Positions 22,393 through 29,315 of a stretch of 32,000 nucleotides of DNA are shown one piece after another. The DNA lies in assembly GCF_000260965.1 (NCBI RefSeq), contig NC_017856.1:930001-962000 (forward strand), written 5' to 3'. The translations under genes and the position numbers were made by a program. The notes beneath the pieces are model-generated. The model searched no databases and had not been told where the DNA came from. It was given only the letters and a program-made list of their open reading frames with translations. Source of the DNA: Methylophaga frappieri (GTDB lineage: Bacteria > Pseudomonadota > Gammaproteobacteria > Nitrosococcales > Methylophagaceae). Numbering within the stretch: position 1 is the stretch's first letter; each line of letters starts with the position of its first letter.

Positions 22393-23091
22393 TTAATTGG
22401 CCTTAACATGCAGGCCACACTCTTTGCTTTCTGGATTTTCCCACCACCAGCGGCCCGCACGAATATCCTCACCCGGCGTAATCGCCCGTGTGCAAGGCGC
22501 ACAGCTGATACTGGCATAGCCCTCATCATGCAGCTTGTTATAGGGTACTTCAAAAGCCCGAAGATATTTCCAGACTTCCCCGTTCGACCAATCGGTCAAA
22601 GGGCTAAATTTCTGTAATTCATGATCGGCATCCCACTCTGACACCGGCAACTCGGCACGGGTCACGGACTGAGAACGACGCATGCCTGTCAACCAAGCTT
22701 TTTTCCCAGAAAGGGCGCGTTGCAATGGCACCACTTTACGAATGCCACAACAGGTTTTACGCAACTCTACGCTGTCATAAAACGCATTTGGTCCATTTTG
22801 AGTAACAAATGCTTCAATGCTTGCCGTTTCAGGATAATAAACTTGCACATCATTTTGATAGTGCGTTTTCACAATTTGCATTAACTCACCGGTTGCATCA
22901 GGCAAGCGTCCGGTATCCAGCGTAAAAATTTCGATAGCCGGCGCGTGTTTATTGATCAAATCGGTTAAAACCATATCTTCTGCGCCATAGCTGGTCGCTA
23001 ACACTGCAGGCGAATAATTTGCCTCAATATCTTTCAGCAAAGCGATTGCCGCATCAATCTTAATTTGTAATTTTTCCGTGATCTCAGCCAT
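22393..23091 (-). CDS. cysH: Assimilatory adenylylsulfate (APS)/PAPS reductase, Fe-S-type CysH
   Basis: Has the C-terminal catalytic ECGLH motif plus the Cys pairs KTCCGIRK and SCAPCT, which in bacterial APS reductases ligate a [4Fe-4S] cluster. Confidence 0.88.
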   Translation of the reverse strand: MAEITEKLQIKIDAAIALLKDIEANYSPAVLATSYGAEDMVLTDLINKHAPAIEIFTLDTGRLPDATGELMQIVKTHYQNDVQVYYPETASIEAFVTQNGPNAFYDSVELRKTCCGIRKVVPLQRALSGKKAWLTGMRRSQSVTRAELPVSEWDADHELQKFSPLTDWSNGEVWKYLRAFEVPYNKLHDEGYASISCAPCTRAITPGEDIRAGRWWWENPESKECGLHVKAN

Positions 23092-23314
23092 CGGCGGTCA
23101 CTTTGATATCCGTTGTTAATACCCCAGATTCACCTGGTTCACAAAGAAACCCTTCTGTCGTTAAGTGCATCATGATAGTACTGACCGCATCTTGATTGAC
23201 CCGCAGAACAACAGATTCACCAGCAGACAACTGTTGCGCTGCGGCCAGTGCCTTTTGCTTGTGAACGGGACAACCGAACATGGATAAATCAACGCTGTTC
23301 GTCAAAGTAGACAT
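23084..23314 (-). CDS. TusA/SirA-like sulfur-carrier family protein
   Basis: 76 aa. VDLSMFGCPVHKQKA...SAGESVVLRV matches the TusA pattern D..G..CP.....L..L..GE.L.V. It overlaps the upstream gene by 13 nt and the downstream gene by 8 nt. Confidence 0.55.
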   Translation of the reverse strand: MSTLTNSVDLSMFGCPVHKQKALAAAQQLSAGESVVLRVNQDAVSTIMMHLTTEGFLCEPGESGVLTTDIKVTADG

Positions 23315-24102
23315 TTTACCCCCACCGCAATCAGAATGATGGCCAAAACAGTACGCATCAATTTATCCGGAATACGCACCCCCAAGTGACTGCCGATATA
23401 AATACCTGGCAACGATCCCATCAATAGCCATCCCAGCAATTCCCAGTTTACTGTACCGACGGCTGAATGCCCTAAACCAGCGACCGCAGTCAAAGGGACG
23501 GCGTGGGCAATATCCGTCGCCACAATTTCGACACCTTTCATACGTGGATACAAAAACAAGAGCGCCACCGCGCCTAACGCTCCGGCACCAACCGACGACA
23601 GCGTTACCATCACGCCAATAACGGCACCGGTGATAATGGTGGCCAGTGTTTTATGTTGCTCGTCTTCACGCAACTTATATAAGGCATTCACAATCGGGTG
23701 GCCCGCACGGGCTTGCAATATGCCGCCCAGCCAGTTTTTTAGTAACAGTGCGCTGGAGGTCAGAATCAACGCAACCCCTAGTGCGTTGGTAATCAGTTCA
23801 TTGTGACTACCATCTTCAATACCGGCCTGGCTCAAATACCAGAGCGTCAAAAGCGTCGCCGGTATACTGCCCGCTGCCAGTTTCACAACCACCGGCCAAA
23901 CCACAACACTGTGCCGCCAATACGCCCATATGCCACCCGCTTTAGTAATCGCCGCAAACAACAAATCAGTACCAACAGCAATCACGGGCTGAATGCCAAA
24001 TCCGAAGATTAAAATGGGCGTCATTAATGAACCACCGCCAACACCGGTCATACCGACCATGATGCCGACAAAAAGTCCTGCCGCTAAAAACCCCCATTCC
24101 AT
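23302..24102 (-). CDS. TauE/SafE-family sulfite/anion exporter
   Basis: About 8 TM with the GMTGVGGGSLMTPIL motif and its internal repeat (SSVGAGALGAVALLF). The ATG at 24102 is preceded by GAGG. The track's TTG start at 24120 is less likely. Confidence 0.8.
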   Translation of the reverse strand: MEWGFLAAGLFVGIMVGMTGVGGGSLMTPILIFGFGIQPVIAVGTDLLFAAITKAGGIWAYWRHSVVVWPVVVKLAAGSIPATLLTLWYLSQAGIEDGSHNELITNALGVALILTSSALLLKNWLGGILQARAGHPIVNALYKLREDEQHKTLATIITGAVIGVMVTLSSVGAGALGAVALLFLYPRMKGVEIVATDIAHAVPLTAVAGLGHSAVGTVNWELLGWLLMGSLPGIYIGSHLGVRIPDKLMRTVLAIILIAVGVKCLL

Positions 24103-24343
24103 AAAATCTGCCTCAACCAACAGAAAAGCGGGAATTCTATCAGCTCATATTATTAATTCAACGAATATTAGCTTCTATCATTATAGATAATTTTTATATA
24201 GAGACTGTATCTGAAATGGGGTATCTCGTTTAAAAAAACCAGCCCCTGATATTGCTTTTTCACAAAAATCTCATTCACATCGCTTTCACAAGTATTTCGC
24301 CACAGTGTCACTCAGTTAGTTTTTACACTGCAATGAGGCTGTT

Positions 24344-24586
24344 ATGACGCGTTACCAGTTACTGCTGATTTCAACAATGCTGTTCTCCGGTTTAATTACA
24401 GCGACCCTGCTTACTGCAATAAATAGCGCTTCGGTGGGCAGCCAACCGCAGGTCGAACGTCTAAACATTGCTATCCAAAAACCAAACACATCCGGATTCA
24501 TCGACCCTGTCTGGCATCCATGTGATGTCGCTTGTCAAAGTCGACAAAACGTCAAACAGCCAGCGGTTCAGCAATACGCCATCTAG
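24344..24586 (+). CDS. Small hypothetical protein with an N-terminal TM/signal segment
   Basis: An 80-aa ORF with the hydrophobic segment LLLISTMLFSGLITATLLTAI. No recognisable family. Coding status is uncertain. Confidence 0.3.
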   Translation: MTRYQLLLISTMLFSGLITATLLTAINSASVGSQPQVERLNIAIQKPNTSGFIDPVWHPCDVACQSRQNVKQPAVQQYAI

Positions 24587-24648
24587 CTTGTTAAATATTA
24601 GCTGAGTTAATAATATGGGCTTATCTTGATAACTATCCCGAATAAGCC

Positions 24649-25569
24649 ATGAAATTACAGCAACTCAAATATGTGCGTGAAGTCGCCAGACAACAATTGA
24701 GTATTTCAGCGGCGGCGCAATCCCTTTTTGCTTCACAACCGGGTGTCAGTAATCAGATCCAGGCACTGGAAACCGAATTGGGACTACAGATATTTGAACG
24801 CCATGGTAAACGTCTGACCGCGATTACCCCACTCGGTCAAGCTGTTATCGATACGGCGGAGCAGGTGCTGCAAGCGGTTGATAACTTAAAATCTCTTGCT
24901 GCTGATAACCGTAATGAATTTCAAGGTACGCTATCAATTGGGACAACGCACACACAGGCACGTTATGCATTACCGCCTGCCATCCATCAATTCGCGCGTG
25001 ATTTTCCCAATGTCCATTTAAATATGGTGCAAGGAACGCCACCCGAAGTGGCTGAAATGGCAGCAACTGGCAAAGTCGATATGGCCATTGCCACCGAAGG
25101 CTTGTCCCAATTCGATAATCTGGCCATCTTGCCCTGCTATCAATGGAATCGAACCATCGTGATGCCACCGTCGCACCCACTGGCTAAAATTAAAAAACCC
25201 AAATTGGCTGATATTGCTGAGTATCCGATTTTGACCTATGTCATGGGTTTTACCGGACGTGCCCAGCAGGATCAGGCCTTTATTGAAAAAGGCTTAAAGC
25301 CGAATGTTATTTTCACGGCAACCGACGCCGACGTGATTAAAACTTATGTCGAGTTGGGCCTTGGCATCGGCATCATCGCCAGCATGGCTTTTGATGCCAA
25401 AAAAGATAAGCCTTTAGTTGCGATTGACGCCAGTAACTTGTTTCAGCCTAGCACGACGCATTTGGGTATTCGCAAAGGCAGTCACCTTCGCCAATTCAGC
25501 TACGCCTTCATCCGCTATTTTGCCCCCCACCTCGAACAAAACATTATCGAACAAGCCATTCATTCATGA
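24649..25569 (+). CDS. cysB: LysR-family transcriptional regulator, CysB/Cbl-like
   Basis: The N-terminus MKLQQLKYVREVARQQLSISAAAQSLFASQPGVSNQIQALETELGLQIFERHGKRL is collinear with E. coli CysB (MKLQQLRYIVEV...[22 protein letters not shown]). It lies close to, and divergent from, the cys operon. Confidence 0.75.
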   Translation: MKLQQLKYVREVARQQLSISAAAQSLFASQPGVSNQIQALETELGLQIFERHGKRLTAITPLGQAVIDTAEQVLQAVDNLKSLAADNRNEFQGTLSIGTTHTQARYALPPAIHQFARDFPNVHLNMVQGTPPEVAEMAATGKVDMAIATEGLSQFDNLAILPCYQWNRTIVMPPSHPLAKIKKPKLADIAEYPILTYVMGFTGRAQQDQAFIEKGLKPNVIFTATDADVIKTYVELGLGIGIIASMAFDAKKDKPLVAIDASNLFQPSTTHLGIRKGSHLRQFSYAFIRYFAPHLEQNIIEQAIHS

Positions 25570-25660
25570 GAAACTCCCATAGAAATATGGGAGTTTAAGT
25601 GTTAGTTTAACGGTTGCTGATTCCCAGCAACCATCAATATTAAGACGATAAGGAAAATGC

Positions 25661-26227
25661 ATGAACGCTTTGTTTAAAAGCTTGTTAACAGGGTTACTTC
25701 TGCTTCCCGCAGTTGTGTTTGCTCATGGTGCTAGCCGGTTACAAGTAGAAGAAACGATTCTCATAAATGCCTCCCCCGAAACGGTTTGGGCTGCCATTAA
25801 AGACTTCGACAGCTTGCATAAATGGCACCCAGCTATTGAAGCAACTGAAGCAACCGGTGGGAATGAAAAAGGGGCAACCCGTGTCCTGACACTGAAAGGT
25901 GGCGCCACTATTAACGAAACACTCAAGAAATTTGATGACGCATCTATGACCTACATGTATCAAATTGATGAGATTAGTGTTGTTGATCAAATTGAATATG
26001 AAGGGCATTCATTCGATGTCCCGGCTGTGCCTGTAAGCAAATATAAGTCTTGGGTAACGGTTGAAGCCGAGGGTGATCGGACCAAAGTCACTTGGTTAGC
26101 AAAGTTTTTCCGGGCATACACTGGAAAACATCACGAACCAGAGTCATTAAATGACGATACCGCCATCACTGCGATTAGTGAGTTTTATAAAAGCGGTTTG
26201 CAGAACCTAAAATCCAGCGTGGAATAG
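25661..26227 (+). CDS. Secreted SRPBCC (START/Bet v1-like, polyketide-cyclase fold) protein
   Basis: Has a signal peptide (LLTGLLLLPAVVFAHG). The blocks PETVWAAIKDFDSLHKWHPAI ... GATRVLTLKGGATINETL ... YMY are typical of SRPBCC proteins. It resembles the MxaD-type periplasmic proteins of methylotrophs, but that is not established here. Confidence 0.65.
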   Translation: MNALFKSLLTGLLLLPAVVFAHGASRLQVEETILINASPETVWAAIKDFDSLHKWHPAIEATEATGGNEKGATRVLTLKGGATINETLKKFDDASMTYMYQIDEISVVDQIEYEGHSFDVPAVPVSKYKSWVTVEAEGDRTKVTWLAKFFRAYTGKHHEPESLNDDTAITAISEFYKSGLQNLKSSVE

Positions 26228-26244
26228 GTTAATCTACTTGGCAA

Positions 26245-26276
26245 TAAAAAAGGCGTCTTAGGGCGCCTTTTTTATT
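26245..26276 (+). terminator. Rho-independent terminator; last recognisable host feature before the island
   Basis: aaaaaaggcg-tcttagg-gcgcctttttt is followed by 'at'. It lies immediately 3' of the SRPBCC gene. Confidence 0.8.
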
Positions 26277-26450
26277 TCACCATGACTCCAGCCCGGTACT
26301 GCGCTGGACTACGCCAAGGCTTGATACAGCAGGTTTATCAATGACTTAGGCGAGTTCATCATATGCCGGTGCTTTCCGAAACTTGACCTGACTTTCCCTC
26401 TACTGGCCCCTAGAAGGCTCCTGGGAACCGGGTCTTTCCAAGGAGTCATC

Positions 26451-27653
26451 ATGGCAAAAATCAAACTCACCAAGTCCGCTGTCGATGCGGCACACCCCCA
26501 GGCGCAGGCCGTCGAACTCCGGGATACGTTGGTTCCCGGCTTCTTGTGCAAGATTACCCCGTCGGGCCGCAAGGTGTTCATGCTCCAGTACCGGACGAAC
26601 GCTGGCGAGCGCCGCAAGCCCGCCTTGGGTCAGTACGGGGAACTGACCGTCGAACAGGCCCGTTCGCTCGCGCAAGAATGGCTGGCCCAGGTACGCCGGG
26701 GTGGTGATCCCGGCGCAGCCAAGACGGAAGCACGCAAAGCGCCCACCGTCGAAGAGTTGTGCAAGAAGTTCATGGAGGACCACTCCAAGAAGCGCAACAA
26801 GCCCAGCACCCGAGTCGGCTATCAAGGTGTCATCGACCGCTGCATCATCCCGTTGTTGGGCCGCAAGAAGGTCCACGACGTGAAGCGGCCTGACATTGCC
26901 GGACTGATGGAAAAGCTTTCCTACAAGCAGACCGAGGCGAACAAGGCGTTCAGCATCCTGCGCAAGATGTTCAATTTGGCTGAGGTGTGGGGCTATCGGC
27001 CTGACGGCACCAATCCCTGCCGCCATGTCCCAATGTTCCCTGCCGGCAAGTCCACCCACCTTATCAGCGACGAGGACATGGGAAAACTTTTCCGGCAGCT
27101 CGACAAGATCGAGGCCGAGGGGCTGGAGAACTACGTCATCCCGTTGGCGATCCGCCTGCAATTCGAGTTTGCCGGCCGCCGTGGCGAAATCGTCTCGCTC
27201 GAATGGGAATGGATCGATCTGGAAAACCGCCGCGTCGTCTGGCCTGACAGCAAGACCGGCGGTATGTCCAAGCCCATCAGCGAGGAAGCCTACCGGCTGC
27301 TTTCGACGGCGCCGAGGCAGGAAGGCAATCCTTACGTCCTGCCGTCGCCGCGCCATCCAGGGCAACACCTGACCACGGGCGAGTATTACGGCGGCTGGAG
27401 CCGTGCGCTCAAAGCGGCGGGGGCAACGCATGTGGGGACGCACGGCATCCGCCACCGCTCGGCGACCGACATTGCCAATTCGGGTATCCCGGTCAAGGTC
27501 GGCATGGCCCTGACGGCGCACAAGACCGTGGTGATGTTCATGCGCTACGTCCACACCGAGGACAAGCCCGTGCGGGAAGCCGCCGAACTGGTGGCGAATC
27601 GACGCAAGTCGGTCGTCAGCATGCATCAAGAACCGAAAGAGGTGACCGCATGA
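26451..27653 (+). CDS. int: Tyrosine-type site-specific integrase (P4-like, N-terminal DUF4102 arm-binding domain)
   Basis: AAGGAG RBS. The N-terminus is LTKSAVDAA...ELRDTLVPGFLCKITPSGRKVFMLQYRTNAGERRKPALGQYGELTVEQAR (DUF4102 pattern). The catalytic region carries R (FAGRRGEI), HGIRHRSAT (HxxR) and the Tyr in MFMRYVH. Confidence 0.92.
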   Translation: MAKIKLTKSAVDAAHPQAQAVELRDTLVPGFLCKITPSGRKVFMLQYRTNAGERRKPALGQYGELTVEQARSLAQEWLAQVRRGGDPGAAKTEARKAPTVEELCKKFMEDHSKKRNKPSTRVGYQGVIDRCIIPLLGRKKVHDVKRPDIAGLMEKLSYKQTEANKAFSILRKMFNLAEVWGYRPDGTNPCRHVPMFPAGKSTHLISDEDMGKLFRQLDKIEAEGLENYVIPLAIRLQFEFAGRRGEIVSLEWEWIDLENRRVVWPDSKTGGMSKPISEEAYRLLSTAPRQEGNPYVLPSPRHPGQHLTTGEYYGGWSRALKAAGATHVGTHGIRHRSATDIANSGIPVKVGMALTAHKTVVMFMRYVHTEDKPVREAAELVANRRKSVVSMHQEPKEVTA

Positions 27654-27681
27654 TCAGAGGCCAGCAATCCACCTTGCCGCC

Positions 27682-27712
27682 CCAATTGTCGTATCACCGC
27701 TACGACAATTGG
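27682..27712. repeat. Perfect 12-bp inverted repeat (7-nt spacer) between int and the TA module
   Basis: ccaattgtcgta-tcaccgc-tacgacaattgg lies 29 nt after the int stop and 80 nt before the toxin ATG. There is no U-tract. Confidence 0.6.
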
Positions 27713-27791
27713 CTCAGTGGCCATCACCGCCTGCGTATCGTACTAAGCACTGGAAAAGTGTGCCCGTTTCGGGTATAGTTTGAAGGTCAAG

Positions 27792-28175
27792 ATGACGCGC
27801 ATCCTCAAACGAAAGGATTTTGCGCGGTGGCAGGCGGGCGAAAAGCTGTCCGATGCCGCCTTGTGCAAAGCGGTTCAGGAGATGGAAAGCGGTCTGATTG
27901 ACGCGGACTTGGGCGGCTTCCTTTACAAGAAACGGGTTGCCCGCCCTGGTGGTGGCAAGAGTGGCGGCTACCGCACGTTATTGTCGGCCCGGATCGGCAG
28001 CCGCTATGTGTTCCTGCATGGGTTCCCCAAGAGCGACAAGGCGAACATTACGCAGGACGAGAAGAAGGCACTGCAATTCGCCGGCAAGGTGTTCCTGGAA
28101 CTGTCCGCCGAAGCATTGTCGAAGGCGTTGCAGTCAGGCGTGTTATTGGAGGTGCATTGTGAGCAAGATCATTGA
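27792..28175 (+). CDS. RelE/HigB-like type II toxin (PF06296-type RelE family)
   Basis: RILKRKDFARW...LIDADLGGFLYKKRVARPGGGKSGGYRTLLSARIGSRYVFLHGFPKSDKANI contains the GKSGGYR motif and the 'yGF.K..k.Ni' block typical of this toxin family. The ATG at 27792 is preferred over the TTG at 27780. Confidence 0.8.
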   Translation: MTRILKRKDFARWQAGEKLSDAALCKAVQEMESGLIDADLGGFLYKKRVARPGGGKSGGYRTLLSARIGSRYVFLHGFPKSDKANITQDEKKALQFAGKVFLELSAEALSKALQSGVLLEVHCEQDH

Positions 28176-28461
28176 ATCCCTGCGTGGCGATCTGGCCGCG
28201 CTCCACGAAGCGGGAGCGATCGGCAAGGTAACGATGCGCGAGTTCGACGCAATCTGCCCGCCGCCGGTGCGGGAGTTCAGTGCTTTCGATATCAAGCGGC
28301 TGCGTGAAGCCTTGAAGTTTAGCCAGCCGGTGTTCGCTCTTCATCTACACACGTCGGCCTCGACCGTGCGCAAGTGGGAACAAGGCGAAACCCATCCCAC
28401 GGGGCCAGCGCTCAAACTGCTCAACGTCATCGCCGACAAGGGCCTGCAGGCCATCATCTGA
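28159..28461 (+). CDS. XRE-family HTH antitoxin (NadS/HigA-like)
   Basis: The GTG at 28159 overlaps the toxin 3' end by 17 nt. IKRLREALKFSQPVFALHLHTSASTVRKWEQGETHPTGPALKLLNVI is the HTH + 'WEqG...PsGpA..LL' signature of antitoxins paired with PF06296 toxins. The N-terminal part of the track ORF (27898-28158) is an out-of-frame overlap with the toxin and is not coding. Confidence 0.8.
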   Translation: MSKIIESLRGDLAALHEAGAIGKVTMREFDAICPPPVREFSAFDIKRLREALKFSQPVFALHLHTSASTVRKWEQGETHPTGPALKLLNVIADKGLQAII

Positions 28462-28483
28462 TGCCTGACGAGGGAGACAGGCA

Positions 28484-29302
28484 TTGGCGACGCGAATTAC
28501 CCCTTTCAACTCACAGCATCTTGAAGCCGCCTGCCGCGTGCTCGCCGATACCGAACGCGGTCTGAGCGGTACACAGATCGAGCGGCTGCTGCAGGAAATC
28601 GAGGTTGCCGACACGTCGCCCGGCATGACAAAGTGGAAGCGGTTGTTCAATGCGCTGGCCGGTGCGCAGAACCACCACCAGATCGGCAACCATCTCATCA
28701 TGTTCATCAACCGCGCGATGAACCCGGTGAACTACGCCCGCGATCCCGCGACGTTCGCTTGGCGGCGCGACGAACTCAATGTCGTCCTTGCCTTCTCCGG
28801 TTTCTACGTGCGCGATGACGGCAAGGTTGCTCACGCCGATAAGGCCACGACGCTTGATGCCGCCCGCGCCCGCGCGGGACGACTCAAGGCCGCACTGGAA
28901 AGCCGCGTCGTCCATGCGGAAGTGCTGAACTACTGCCGCGCCGAGTTGCTGGAGGAAAACTACTTCCATGCCGTGTTCGAGGCAACGAAAGGTGTTGCGG
29001 AGCGGATTCGCCTGCTGTCGGGCCTGAACGGCGACGGCGCGGACTTGGTGAACAAGGCATTCGCAGGCCAGCAACCCGTTCTCGCCTTGGGACCGCTCAC
29101 CACCGAGTCCGAAAAGAGCGAGCAGAAAGGCTTTGCCAACCTGCTGATCGGCTTATTTGGCGCCGTGCGCAATCCGCTGGCCCATGCGCCCAAGACGAAT
29201 TGGCCCATGTCCGAACAGGACGCACTGGACATCCTGACGCTGGTATCGCTGATTCACCGCAAGCTGGATGGCACCACGAAATTAGCGGCCGTATCGCCGT
29301 AA
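28484..29302 (+). CDS. TIGR02391 (Hypoth_Ymh) family protein
   Basis: TTG start with a GAGGGAGA RBS 6-7 nt upstream. The C-terminal domain is YFHAVFEATKGVAERIRLLSGLNGDGADLVNKAFAG...SEKSEQKGFANLLIGLFGAVRNPLAHAPK...EQDALDILTLVSLIHRKL, which carries the Ymh signature including RNP.AH. The N-terminal half is typical of full-length members (about 270 aa). Confidence 0.75.
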   Translation: MATRITPFNSQHLEAACRVLADTERGLSGTQIERLLQEIEVADTSPGMTKWKRLFNALAGAQNHHQIGNHLIMFINRAMNPVNYARDPATFAWRRDELNVVLAFSGFYVRDDGKVAHADKATTLDAARARAGRLKAALESRVVHAEVLNYCRAELLEENYFHAVFEATKGVAERIRLLSGLNGDGADLVNKAFAGQQPVLALGPLTTESEKSEQKGFANLLIGLFGAVRNPLAHAPKTNWPMSEQDALDILTLVSLIHRKLDGTTKLAAVSP

Positions 29303-29315
29303 GTGAGAGACAGGA

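Noticed and set aside
26281-26450. Searched the host/island junction for a tRNA, tmRNA or tRNA 3' fragment as the integration target.
   Set aside because: No cloverleaf-compatible segment or T-loop (GTTCRANYC-like) motif is visible by eye. The att site cannot be defined without the other island end. A proper tRNAscan/ARAGORN run is still advisable.
26400-27629. A 409-aa ORF on the minus strand covering the whole integrase locus.
   Set aside because: It is an antisense shadow ORF typical of high-GC DNA. Its translation is Arg/Ala/Gly/Leu-rich with no motifs, whereas the plus-strand frame carries a complete DUF4102 + tyrosine-recombinase signature with a good RBS.
27898-28158. The N-terminal 87 codons of the 187-aa track ORF (27898..28461), which overlap the toxin gene in another frame.
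   Set aside because: The translation here is Arg/Cys/Ala-rich junk. The recognisable HTH antitoxin begins at the GTG at 28159, giving the usual roughly 100-aa antitoxin with a short overlap onto the toxin stop.
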